Of a stretch of 64,000 nucleotides of DNA, positions 49,285-58,313 are shown one piece after another. How positions within the stretch are numbered: position 1 is the stretch's first letter; every line of letters begins with the position of its first letter. Both the position numbers and the translations under genes were made by a program. Where the stretch lies: the IMG/VR virus record IMGVR_UViG_3300017917_002116, positions 51,421 to 115,420 of that record; one strand, 5' to 3'. The notes beneath the pieces were generated by a model. It was not told where the DNA came from, did not search any database, and saw nothing but the letters and a program-made list of their open reading frames with translations. Origin of the DNA: a virus.

Positions 49285-49287
49285 AAT
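49259..49287 (+). promoter_or_regulatory. Sigma70-like promoter for primase
   Basis: TTGACA-N17-TAAAAT with ATG 9 nt downstream. Confidence 0.7.
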
Positions 49288-49296
49288 AGTAAGGCT

Positions 49297-50268
49297 ATGA
49301 TGGCCTTACAAAATCTACTACGCAGCAGACTAAATGGTAGGACCAGCCCCAAGGGTTGGGTATCATTCAACTGCCCCATGTGCGTGGTAAATGGTCAAAG
49401 TCGTCCTGATACTAGACATCGTGGCGGCGTAATGTACAATCCTGATGGAGCAGTGAGCTATCACTGTTTCAACTGCCATTATAAAACTAGTTGGCAACCA
49501 GGTAGAACGCTGAGCTTTAAGATGCGTAAACTGCTCAGGCAATTGGGATTTGACGAAGCAGAGATACAGCGACTGAATCTAGAACTGCTGAGCCAAGCAG
49601 ATATAGAAAATATCAAGTTTAAAGAACCAGAACCCACGTGGACACCTGATTGGCCTGATTTTGAATTTGGGTTTGATGTAAAACAGTTAACTAGTCACGA
49701 CAAAGTAGATTATTTGGAAAGCAGACAGATTTACAACCTAGCCGTGTGGTTGGAGACGGACTATAAAGATCGCGCCTTTGACCGCAGGGTTATACTGCCC
49801 TATACATACGAAAATAGACTAGTTGGTTATGTGGCAAGGTGTGTAGGCGATATGCCGCCAAAGACAAGCAAATATATACGCAAGGCGCCTGCTGACTTTG
49901 TCTATGGACTGGATAATCAAAGAGATCAAAGACAATTTGTTATTGTTAGCGAAGGGGAATTTGATGCACTGCTTACATCTGGACTTGCCATTGGTGGTAA
50001 CAATTTAAGTGATAGGCAGGCACAGTTGATTGAGGACTTAAACATAGAGCCCATAGTTATTCCAGACAGAGACTCCGCTGGTAGACAACTGGCAGAACGT
50101 GCGGCAGATTTTGGCTGGAGTGTAAGTTTTCCGGATTGGGAAGATTGCAAAGACGTGACCGATGCTGTATTAAAATATGGCAGGCTGTTTACTATACATA
50201 GTATCCTACAGGCCGCAGAACACAGTCCTACAAAAATAAGATTATTATCTAGGAGGCTTGGTGGATAA
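49297..50268 (+). CDS. gp61: DNA primase (gp61/DnaG-like)
   Basis: Zn ribbon CPMC...HCFNC; TOPRIM EGEFD, PDRD, KDV.D. Confidence 0.9.
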   Translation: MMALQNLLRSRLNGRTSPKGWVSFNCPMCVVNGQSRPDTRHRGGVMYNPDGAVSYHCFNCHYKTSWQPGRTLSFKMRKLLRQLGFDEAEIQRLNLELLSQADIENIKFKEPEPTWTPDWPDFEFGFDVKQLTSHDKVDYLESRQIYNLAVWLETDYKDRAFDRRVILPYTYENRLVGYVARCVGDMPPKTSKYIRKAPADFVYGLDNQRDQRQFVIVSEGEFDALLTSGLAIGGNNLSDRQAQLIEDLNIEPIVIPDRDSAGRQLAERAADFGWSVSFPDWEDCKDVTDAVLKYGRLFTIHSILQAAEHSPTKIRLLSRRLGG

Positions 50269-50476
50269 TTACGGATATGAGGTACGCAAAGACTGGCGGC
50301 TTGGCCAGAACACAGACGATTGGTGGACCAGCGTATGTGTATGGGTCATTGAACAATTTGGCATGCCCGGGGACAATTATATCACAGAGTTAAGTAGTGA
50401 GTACATGATTTTTAAATTTAAGCAAAAAGAACACGCAATGATAACAGCCTTGCGTTGGGGGAATGACAATGGCTGA
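50258..50476 (+). CDS. Small hypothetical protein
   Basis: SD AGGAGG; W..EQFG.PG..Y...F.F...A...LRW. Confidence 0.7.
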   Translation: MVDNYGYEVRKDWRLGQNTDDWWTSVCVWVIEQFGMPGDNYITELSSEYMIFKFKQKEHAMITALRWGNDNG

Positions 50477-51869
50477 TGAAGTTAAAGAATATAGCACAGA
50501 ATTACAAAAACTATTTTTGGAGTTTTTGATCAGTGATAAGGAACTGTTGGCTCGTTGCCAAAACGTTTTAGATGATACACATTTTACTCGTAGCCTGCAG
50601 GCAACTGCTGCCTTTATCAAGGACTATGCAAACAAATACAGTGACTGCCCAACCACAGAACAAATACAGGCAGTCACAGGTCTAGACATTAAACCTATAC
50701 CTGCGGAAGTTACCAACCACAAGGATTGGTTTCTAGAAGAATTCGAACAATTTGCTAGACACAAAGCACTTGAAAAAGCCATTCTTAAAAGTGCAGACCT
50801 GCTGGACAAGCAACGCTATGGCGAAGTTGAGCGATTAATCAAAGATGCCAGTAGCGTAGGCCTGCCCAAGAGCTTTGGTACAGACTATTATGCTGACCCC
50901 ATGGAACGTTTGACCAAGTTAAAGAACCAAAATGGTGGTACAAGTACAGGCTGGAAGACCATTGACGACAAACTGTATGGTGGTTTCAATCGCGGCGAAC
51001 TTAATATATTTGCTGGTGGATCTGGTGCAGGCAAATCATTGTTCTTGCAGAACTTGGCACTGAACTGGAGTCAGATAGGACTCAATGGAGTTTACTTTAG
51101 TCTTGAACTTAGTGAAGGTCTGTGTAGTATGCGTATGGATGCCATGCTTATGGGCATTGCAACTAAAGAAATTTATCGCAACTTAGAAGATGTTGACCTT
51201 AAGGTTAGGATGAAAGGTAAGACTGCGGGTAAGATACAGATTGTACAACTTACAGCAGGTGTAACAGTAAATGATCTTAAGAGTTGGCTTAAAGAGTTTC
51301 AGATACAGAGTAATAGAAAAATTGACTTTGTTATTGTGGACTACCTAGACTTGATGATGCCAGCAAGCCAAAAGATCAGCGTGGCAGATTTGTTTATCAA
51401 AGACAAGCTAGTATCTGAAGAGTTACGTGCCATGGCCACACAAGGCAATTATCTATTCTGCACAGCAAGTCAGTTGAATAGAGGCGCCGTGGAAACAGTG
51501 GAGTTTGATCACAGTCATATTTCAGGTGGCTTGAGTAAGATTCAGACTGCTGACAACGTGATTGGTATCTTTACCAGCACAACAATGCGTGAGCGAGGCA
51601 GAGTTCAGTTACAGTTTATGAAGACTCGTTCAAGTAGCGCAGTTGGTACTAAAATAGAGCTAGAGTTTAATGTAACTAGCCTGCGTATCACAGACCTTGG
51701 TGAAGACTCTGCAGACGCACCAACCACAACAGATGTATTAACTGAACGACTTAAAAGATCCAGCACAACCATTGATAGGGAAACGGGCGAAGTTGTAGAG
51801 CGCCGCCCCGAGCCCGCAATGGCTATCAGAGGCATGGACGACAAAATTAAGAAAATGCTTCAGAAGTAA
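50463..51869 (+). CDS. gp41: DnaB-like replicative helicase
   Basis: GGSGAGKS, SLEL, IVDYLDL, TASQLNR, KTRS. Confidence 0.93.
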   Translation: MTMADEVKEYSTELQKLFLEFLISDKELLARCQNVLDDTHFTRSLQATAAFIKDYANKYSDCPTTEQIQAVTGLDIKPIPAEVTNHKDWFLEEFEQFARHKALEKAILKSADLLDKQRYGEVERLIKDASSVGLPKSFGTDYYADPMERLTKLKNQNGGTSTGWKTIDDKLYGGFNRGELNIFAGGSGAGKSLFLQNLALNWSQIGLNGVYFSLELSEGLCSMRMDAMLMGIATKEIYRNLEDVDLKVRMKGKTAGKIQIVQLTAGVTVNDLKSWLKEFQIQSNRKIDFVIVDYLDLMMPASQKISVADLFIKDKLVSEELRAMATQGNYLFCTASQLNRGAVETVEFDHSHISGGLSKIQTADNVIGIFTSTTMRERGRVQLQFMKTRSSSAVGTKIELEFNVTSLRITDLGEDSADAPTTTDVLTERLKRSSTTIDRETGEVVERRPEPAMAIRGMDDKIKKMLQK

Positions 51870-52379
51870 TTACTTTAATTCTCTCATAGAAGCAGGCCTG
51901 GGTGCTGGCTGCTCGGGAGGATTAGTTTGTGTATGTGGAGCACCGGCCATGGCGGGCTCGTCGTCTTGCTGTGGCTCATCTTCAACTTCGGGTGTCGCGC
52001 CACCGTCTTGAGCAAGGTCTGCTTTGAGTCTTTGAAACAGGCTATTATCCTCAGCAACGTAGGCAAGCACAGTTTCTAACAAGCCCATTAGAGCTGTCAT
52101 TTGTTGTAGATTGGGTCTACGGTTCATGTATAGGCTACGAACACCTGCTCTAAGAGCATTATATTGGTCCTCGCCAACAGCGTCCTTGATCGCTGCTAGT
52201 CGCTGCATCGCTCTAGTAAATCCAGCAGTATCTATATCCTTGCTGGCCGCACCCATACCAGGATCTGGTTTGTCCATGTGAGATAGATCATCACCCGGTT
52301 CATTTGGTTTGGCCTCGGCAATGGCACGAAGCCTGTTCATGACCCCAGACATGTCAAATCTTGTACTCTGAAAGCTCAT
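51870..52379 (-). CDS. Hypothetical late protein
   Basis: SD GGAG and minus-strand GATAAATA; start MSFQSTRF. Confidence 0.7.
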   Translation of the reverse strand: MSFQSTRFDMSGVMNRLRAIAEAKPNEPGDDLSHMDKPDPGMGAASKDIDTAGFTRAMQRLAAIKDAVGEDQYNALRAGVRSLYMNRRPNLQQMTALMGLLETVLAYVAEDNSLFQRLKADLAQDGGATPEVEDEPQQDDEPAMAGAPHTQTNPPEQPAPRPASMRELK

Positions 52380-52400
52380 TTCTAACTCCAACGTTTTGAT

Positions 52401-52417
52401 TATTTATCAGATAAATA
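52401..52417. promoter_or_regulatory. Back-to-back divergent late promoters
   Basis: TATTTATC-A-GATAAATA between divergent genes. Confidence 0.75.
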
Positions 52418-52426
52418 TTATTAAGG

Positions 52427-52687
52427 ATGGATGCAATTTTGCGTAAACAGACAAGATCTTTATTAGAAGAAATAACTGATATTGTACCACAAAGGGACAA
52501 GGAATACTTTGTGGAAAATAAGGCCATTAACATAATCGCCAGCACACGATATCTAGTAGAATATATTAATGAGCATTTTCCTAAAGAACAAAGCGAAGAC
52601 CTAGTTAAAAGGTTATTCAATAGTTTAAAAACAGGCGACGAATCTAAATTCCGTCGTGGCATCAAATATATAAAAGAAACAAAATAA
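52427..52687 (+). CDS. Hypothetical protein
   Basis: 86-aa ORF after a late promoter. Confidence 0.75.
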   Translation: MDAILRKQTRSLLEEITDIVPQRDKEYFVENKAINIIASTRYLVEYINEHFPKEQSEDLVKRLFNSLKTGDESKFRRGIKYIKETK

Positions 52688-53442
52688 TGGACAACCTAGA
52701 AGATCTAAATTGGGAAATAATGGTAGAAAGCCGTCAATACCGTGCAGGTGGCGGCAGAGGGCTCAATCTAAGACAGGTTGCAAATTTTGCCTTCTTGGAC
52801 CTGCTGACATTATATATTTTGCACAATGAGTATGAAACTGCACCGGTTGCGGGCAATTACAGCGGTAGCACAATGAGCTATAGAAACTTTGTAAGACCAA
52901 GATTAAGTGGCACAGATTTATATGTAAGTCTAAACATATTGAGCAATCCTGATAGCGTGTTTAGTAAATCAATTAAGCAAAATCCAGACGCAGATGCATT
53001 TTTAAGACAAAAGATTAAATTAAATTTACCTACTTTAAAACGTTATCTTGATCTAATACAAGAAGGCACTATAACAAGCAGCGATGCAGCACAATTATTA
53101 TTAAGAATAGAAAAACAGCTTAACATAACGGATAGCCAATATAAAAGCATGAGAAGATTGGTGCAGGACTGGGCAGGCCTAAACAAAATGCAACGTGAAA
53201 TCGTTGTTACTAGGATACTTCAACAATATAAAAAATTTGCCAAACGCAGTGAATTATCTGTATTCTTAGAGGACCTGGGCAAACAAAAAGGCTATGAGTT
53301 ACGTGGTGCAGAAGATGCTGAAATAAAGAATTTAGAGGCAGGTCCATGGAGCAAGTTATTAGGAGCAGTGGCACCGGCAGCACTAATGTATGGTGCCTAT
53401 AAAGCAGGATATAGCTTGACAGCCCCTAAAAAACAGCATTAA
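52687..53442 (+). CDS. Hypothetical protein with hydrophobic C-terminus
   Basis: Coupled ORF; LLGAVAPAALMYGAY tail. Confidence 0.75.
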   Translation: MDNLEDLNWEIMVESRQYRAGGGRGLNLRQVANFAFLDLLTLYILHNEYETAPVAGNYSGSTMSYRNFVRPRLSGTDLYVSLNILSNPDSVFSKSIKQNPDADAFLRQKIKLNLPTLKRYLDLIQEGTITSSDAAQLLLRIEKQLNITDSQYKSMRRLVQDWAGLNKMQREIVVTRILQQYKKFAKRSELSVFLEDLGKQKGYELRGAEDAEIKNLEAGPWSKLLGAVAPAALMYGAYKAGYSLTAPKKQH

Positions 53443-53516
53443 TCTATTCAAGAACTCAAGAAGAAGATAAATAAAAGTAAGAAACAAACGTTTCGACAGA
53501 TTAAAAGGAGTCTATT

Positions 53517-53834
53517 ATGACAACAAGAGTAAATGGTGGTGTTAAATCCGGTGGATTCGGTACAGCAACACTAAAAATGTTCACAGTTGATCCTAATGTC
53601 GACCTAACAGGCGATGTTGGTCTTCCAGGTACAGCTTTAGAAGCTATCGTTCAAACAGTTCAAACTAAAGCAACAACTTTCCTAATTGGTGCAGTTGATG
53701 CAAGTAATGGTTTCCGTGTTGCTTGCGAGCCAAGCGCATGGGCCGCCGCTGACCTTCAGGCTGCTATCCGCGCCCTAGGTACAGTTAACGGTGACGACCT
53801 AACAGGTGCTACAGTTGCTGATTTCACATTCTAA
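53517..53834 (+). CDS. Small, probably abundant virion (decoration-like) protein
   Basis: Own late promoter (53466), SD AAGGAG, terminator; strongly biased codons. Confidence 0.65.
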   Translation: MTTRVNGGVKSGGFGTATLKMFTVDPNVDLTGDVGLPGTALEAIVQTVQTKATTFLIGAVDASNGFRVACEPSAWAAADLQAAIRALGTVNGDDLTGATVADFTF

Positions 53835-53859
53835 TTAGTTCTTACTGATTTCGGGATGG

Positions 53860-53892
53860 GAAGCCGCAGTATCGAAAGATCTGCGGTTTTTC
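53860..53892 (+). terminator. Rho-independent terminator
   Basis: GAAGCCGCAG(T)ATC-GAAA-GATCTGCGGTTTTTC. Confidence 0.75.
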
Positions 53893-53919
53893 TATGTAAA
53901 TATAGTAAAGGAGTTTAGC

Positions 53920-54372
53920 ATGACTAGAATGCAAGGAACAGGAAGAACAGGTGAAAATATCGGGGGTAATATAGAATATTTCACTTGCTACACACTGGTA
54001 GATATCAGCGACACAGGCATATATGACCCAACAGCAGGCAAGGACTACGAACAAGCACAGAATCTGAATGCACTACTACAAGCAATCAGTCTTGGCAGTC
54101 AACCTGTGCTGGCCAGCGTGGAAAAATTAGTTGCGGCCGATCTAGAAGACTTTGTCTTTGGCGACAATTTTACAGGCAATCATAATGTCTGGATTTTGCG
54201 TTTTGCCAGTGAAAGAGTTGGTAGTATCACAGTAAACACCCTAGTAAGAGACATAGCCGGATTACCAGTCTATGTTGATCTAGATGAAACTGCGGTGTTC
54301 GATACAGATGTATTTGAAACAGGTGATAATTCAGACAAAAACATCTACTTTGTAAGAAACGATAACCTATAA
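53920..54372 (+). CDS. Hypothetical late (virion) protein
   Basis: GTAAATA and SD AAGGAG. Confidence 0.75.
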   Translation: MTRMQGTGRTGENIGGNIEYFTCYTLVDISDTGIYDPTAGKDYEQAQNLNALLQAISLGSQPVLASVEKLVAADLEDFVFGDNFTGNHNVWILRFASERVGSITVNTLVRDIAGLPVYVDLDETAVFDTDVFETGDNSDKNIYFVRNDNL

Positions 54373-54467
54373 GTTTTTGATAAATACAACGTAAATTTTT
54401 GGCTACTATTTTTTGGTCTCAATCATGGTCTTTATAATAATATTATAATTTTTAAAGGGGGGTATGA

Positions 54468-54776
54468 TTGATGGCCACAGTAGTGGAAAGAGTTAGTATA
54501 GTTGAAACCAAGGTTGAATCCTTGGGCGAGAAAATTGATGATCTTAAAGTAGATGTTAAGGACATGCATGACTGTTTGGATCGTACAAGAGATGAGATAG
54601 GCACTCAACTCGAAAAAATGTATTCAGCTAGCTGTGAGCAACATGCTCAGCTGGCTAAAAAGATAAGTGCTCTTGAACGTATCAAGGACAGGGGAACATA
54701 TCTTGCTCTAGGTGGAGTAGCAGTGGCAGGTTGGGTAGTTGGTCACATGGATCTGTTGACAAAGATACTTAAATGA
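54468..54776 (+). CDS. Coiled-coil protein with C-terminal transmembrane helix (holin/hemolysin-like)
   Basis: Heptads VE..VE..GEKIDDLK; TM YLALGGVAVAGWVVG. Confidence 0.55.
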   Translation: MMATVVERVSIVETKVESLGEKIDDLKVDVKDMHDCLDRTRDEIGTQLEKMYSASCEQHAQLAKKISALERIKDRGTYLALGGVAVAGWVVGHMDLLTKILK

Positions 54777-55069
54777 ACGAAGAATTGGAAATCATTGGCG
54801 AGGATATTGTTACAGAGGCCAAACGGGTTTGGGCAAAGCGCGGCAAAAAACTCAAGCGAATGATTCGTTGCACTAGCGGTAAGAAAAAAGGCAGAATTGT
54901 TGCCAACACTGGTGCATGCAGCAAGGCAATAAACGTTAAAAAGCGTTTTCTAATGAAACGTATTAGGAAGCGTTTTAATGCTAAGATAGTTAGAAAAGCA
55001 AAAAGAACAAAGGCGTTTAATCCATTAAGCAAGAGGCTTAAAGCACTGAATAAATCAGTAAATAGGTAA
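54773..55069 (+). CDS. Highly basic small protein with acidic N-terminal leader
   Basis: MNEELEIIGEDIVTE then K/R-rich, RCTSG.KKGRIV...C. Confidence 0.75.
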   Translation: MNEELEIIGEDIVTEAKRVWAKRGKKLKRMIRCTSGKKKGRIVANTGACSKAINVKKRFLMKRIRKRFNAKIVRKAKRTKAFNPLSKRLKALNKSVNR

Positions 55070-55072
55070 TAT

Positions 55073-55546
55073 ATGGCAGATCGTAGTTTAACAGATATAA
55101 TTAGATTTCTAGACCCTAGCGGTGATATGGGCGATGCAGATATTGCCGGCCTTACTAAGAAACTAAAATTTACTGATGTATTAGATCTTGTGTCCAGTGT
55201 TAGTGGTAATAACATGACCAAGGCCAGAGAGATATTAGCAAAATACGATGATAGATTTGGAGCAGGGGGTGAAGCACCTGCGCAGGAAGCCGCAGTAGTA
55301 CAACCCCCAGCAAAAATAGGCGGCGGCGTGTCCAAACCCCCCGGTGGTTTTAAGCCAATCAAACCTATAGGAACAGCACCAACCACAGCGGGCACTCCAA
55401 CTAATCCCAACGGACCCAATGCTGGAAATGACAGTGATGAAGATTCTGGACAAGAACTTGATACACTTATGAGTGATCCCGCAACAAAAAACAAGCCAGA
55501 AGTTCAACAAATTGCTAGACTTCTTCAAAGGATGAATAAGCAATGA
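55073..55546 (+). CDS. Hypothetical protein
   Basis: P/G-rich linker; in a late operon. Confidence 0.7.
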   Translation: MADRSLTDIIRFLDPSGDMGDADIAGLTKKLKFTDVLDLVSSVSGNNMTKAREILAKYDDRFGAGGEAPAQEAAVVQPPAKIGGGVSKPPGGFKPIKPIGTAPTTAGTPTNPNGPNAGNDSDEDSGQELDTLMSDPATKNKPEVQQIARLLQRMNKQ

Positions 55547-55758
55547 GAATAGGCGAGCTTGTTACAGGCCTACGCTATATGACCACTAACGAACAGCGTG
55601 GCATTTTTGAATTATTGAAAGAAATGAAATCAGTTACGCCAGAGCAACTGGATGAACGTGCACAGCAAGTTGCCCATGAGATGCATACCATGGGTTTAAT
55701 TGATCGACAAATCAATGAAGATACACAGGAAATCACGTACCGTCTCTATAAGAGATAA
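55543..55758 (+). CDS. Small hypothetical protein (possible winged helix)
   Basis: ATGA overlap; helix-helix-..GLIDR..ITY. Confidence 0.65.
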   Translation: MRIGELVTGLRYMTTNEQRGIFELLKEMKSVTPEQLDERAQQVAHEMHTMGLIDRQINEDTQEITYRLYKR

Positions 55759-56203
55759 AAAAGAATCTCAGGTGTATTCTAGTAAGATAAAGGATCTTAT
55801 TAGTACAACATTACCACGAAACATTTTGGGCATGTTGGCATCTGCACATGAAACTGAGGATTCATTGATTTTTAATAATCGCTACCATCTAGGCGCCTCG
55901 GGTCCCAACGATTATTACATTTATGATGCGTACCTACAAGAATATACCTATAAAAATATAGCATTGTTTTCAAGCGCCGTTAAGATGCTGTGGTATATTA
56001 ATAGACCCTCTGGTATGACAACTAGCCACGACAAAACAATATATTCCCTGGATCAAGAATACTATAGATGTTTAGAAGATATAAGATTTTTTAAGAGTAA
56101 GATAGTGTCAATTCCAGAAGACCGTGAGTTTTACGCCCATAGATTAAGCCAATCCAAGTACCGATTGGAAGATATCAAAACCGAAATATCTAAAATATAT
56201 TGA
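55700..56203 (+). CDS. Hypothetical protein (start uncertain)
   Basis: ORF fills the gap between neighbours. Confidence 0.6.
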   Translation: MIDKSMKIHRKSRTVSIRDKKESQVYSSKIKDLISTTLPRNILGMLASAHETEDSLIFNNRYHLGASGPNDYYIYDAYLQEYTYKNIALFSSAVKMLWYINRPSGMTTSHDKTIYSLDQEYYRCLEDIRFFKSKIVSIPEDREFYAHRLSQSKYRLEDIKTEISKIY

Positions 56204-56233
56204 TAAATAAAACTAATAAAAGGACATGTCGTT

Positions 56234-56920
56234 ATGAACACATCTGAAATTTTCAATCCTGCACAGCGCAAACAGCGTGTAGTAGAGGAATTTTTAAATA
56301 GCCATTATGGCTTAAAACTAGCTGCCTATGGTGATGTTGCCAAGGTTAATGCTATGAAAGCCAAGCTGACAAATGAAAACCATCATATGGCTAGTAGCAT
56401 TGTTGGCTATGAAAAGAATCCACGTTACGTTAAAAATACGCTGATCATTGAAGCTCTTAACCAACTGCTAAAAGAAATAGCACCCGCACGTCGACGCGGC
56501 CGCGTTAACGAGCAAAGTGGCGAAGACCTAGCACAAGCAGAACTAATACTTGTTGCTAAGAACATGGTCGAGAAGCTACAGGGTATGGCTGAAGACGTTG
56601 CCAAGATGGCCACAGACGATCTAATGCCACTAGCAGAAAAATTAAAAGTTAGTTTTGGTCAAGACATGGGCAATCAATTTAATGATGCTGCTGATGCTGC
56701 CTTACAAACTCTATTGACTGCGATCAAATCCGGCAAGGATGAACTAAGCAATGCAGTAGGCATCCTAACAGGCGAAGCACCTGCAGGCGGCGACATGGGC
56801 GGCATGCCTGGTGAAGAACCTGGTATGGAACCTGTACCTGGCGAAGAAGGTGACCAATTTGGTGCCACAGATGCTGCTGCCGGAGCAGAAGAATTACCCA
56901 CTGGTCGTGAACTAAAATAA
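56234..56920 (+). CDS. Hypothetical late protein, possible prohead core/scaffold component
   Basis: GATAAATA and SD; helical with an acidic G/P/M/E tail. Confidence 0.7.
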   Translation: MNTSEIFNPAQRKQRVVEEFLNSHYGLKLAAYGDVAKVNAMKAKLTNENHHMASSIVGYEKNPRYVKNTLIIEALNQLLKEIAPARRRGRVNEQSGEDLAQAELILVAKNMVEKLQGMAEDVAKMATDDLMPLAEKLKVSFGQDMGNQFNDAADAALQTLLTAIKSGKDELSNAVGILTGEAPAGGDMGGMPGEEPGMEPVPGEEGDQFGATDAAAGAEELPTGRELK

Positions 56921-57261
56921 TGCTTATAAATGAGTTGGTGGATTCTGAATCTGAATTGCTGGATACTGTAATAAGTATTCTACTTCGTGCCAAGGCAGAA
57001 GGAGCAAAAGCAGTCAACATGCAACAACTCATTAACGATCTTGATGATCCAAGCATAACACCAGAGTTCATGGTGGATCTACTAAGTAGAAACACAGGCA
57101 AACTTAAAAACATAATTGCAGGCAGTGACGTTGATAATGTTGACCTTGACACCATAGCAAAAACACAACGTATGACCACAAAGTCAGAAAAAGATAGCGC
57201 AAAAATGAAACAAACAGCAGTGTCTCAGGCACTAGACAGCCTTAAAGGATCATTAGCATGA
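56920..57261 (+). CDS. Hypothetical protein (MLINEL leader)
   Basis: Coupled ORF. Confidence 0.7.
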   Translation: MLINELVDSESELLDTVISILLRAKAEGAKAVNMQQLINDLDDPSITPEFMVDLLSRNTGKLKNIIAGSDVDNVDLDTIAKTQRMTTKSEKDSAKMKQTAVSQALDSLKGSLA

Positions 57262-57596
57262 ACAGTATAATGTTAACAGCATCTCAGGCCAGAGCAAAAA
57301 GTAAAAATGATTCTGTCATTTTTAATGAGACACGAAGTATTGAATCAGAAATTCTAAACGCATGCAGCCTTGGCAATTTAGAAGTCTACGTTACAGGTAC
57401 CACGATGACTGATACTGGTACAGGTATTGCGCTAGCCAGAAATTATTTTAAAGCCTGGAACGGCTCAGTACCAGACAGAGCCAAAGAACAACAAATGGCG
57501 GATATTATAACCTATTTTAGCAACCTGGGTTATCAAATTGAACGACGAGTAAATTCCGCCACCGGCGACACCTTCAAGTGGGCCATATTCTGGTAA
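57258..57596 (+). CDS. Hypothetical protein
   Basis: SD AAGGA; ..YFSNLGYQIER...TFKW...W. Confidence 0.72.
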   Translation: MNSIMLTASQARAKSKNDSVIFNETRSIESEILNACSLGNLEVYVTGTTMTDTGTGIALARNYFKAWNGSVPDRAKEQQMADIITYFSNLGYQIERRVNSATGDTFKWAIFW

Positions 57597-57604
57597 CATA
57601 TCAA

Positions 57605-57633
57605 TAGACATTAGGTCATTGATATTGTATTAT
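57605..57633 (+). promoter_or_regulatory. Sigma70-like promoter directly before ATG (leaderless)
   Basis: TAGACA-N17-TATTAT with ATG 6 nt downstream (57640). Confidence 0.7.
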
Positions 57634-57639
57634 AGCGGC

Positions 57640-58302
57640 ATGCAATTCAACCCGCGATATCAATACGAAAAACTTAAACGAGTAGAAACAAATGGCAATA
57701 GGTTATATGAAACGCCACTTGGTTCCGTTCCCAGTGTAACAACTATTCTAGATAAAACCGCAGACAAGACATTCTTAATCGAATGGCGAAAACGTGTCGG
57801 CGAGGAACAAGCAAATCAAATAAGCAAAGAAGCCAGTGGTCTTGGCACCTTAATGCATACTCATCTTGAGTATCATGTATTAGGCAAGGAACGACCTAAA
57901 GGCAACAACATGGTACAGGAAATGGCACGTGCCATGGCGGATACCATGATACGCGAAGCCTTTCCTCTAATAGATGAAGTATGGGGAATAGAAGCAAGTC
58001 TATACTATCCTGGTCTTTATGCTGGTACTACGGACATGGTCGGAGTACACAACGGCAAACCCGCCATCATTGACCATAAGACCAGTAAAAAGCCCAAGAA
58101 ACGTGAATGGATTGAAGATTATTTCCTCCAGACCTGTGCATACGCTCTAGCACATAATGATGTTCATGGCACAGACATTAAAAAATGCGTAGTTAATATA
58201 GTGGATAGAGATGCTAAACTACAGAGTTTTGTGATAGAAGGTTCCGAGTTTGATCACTACGCCGAGTTGTGGACCAAGCGTGTAGATCAATACTATAGAT
58301 AA
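57640..58302 (+). CDS. PD-(D/E)XK exonuclease (RecB/Cas4-like fold)
   Basis: PSVTTIL, WRKRVG, GT.MH..LE, E, YAGTTD, IIDHKTS, YFLQ.CAYA. Confidence 0.88.
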   Translation: MQFNPRYQYEKLKRVETNGNRLYETPLGSVPSVTTILDKTADKTFLIEWRKRVGEEQANQISKEASGLGTLMHTHLEYHVLGKERPKGNNMVQEMARAMADTMIREAFPLIDEVWGIEASLYYPGLYAGTTDMVGVHNGKPAIIDHKTSKKPKKREWIEDYFLQTCAYALAHNDVHGTDIKKCVVNIVDRDAKLQSFVIEGSEFDHYAELWTKRVDQYYR

Positions 58303-58313
58303 ATACTCTTACT

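Noticed and set aside
54769-55494. 241-aa minus-strand ORF
   Set aside because: Shadow of two well-signalled plus-strand genes.
57640-58302. Cas4-like nuclease as a CRISPR component
   Set aside because: Stand-alone phage PD-(D/E)XK exonuclease lacking the Fe-S cysteines; no array nearby.
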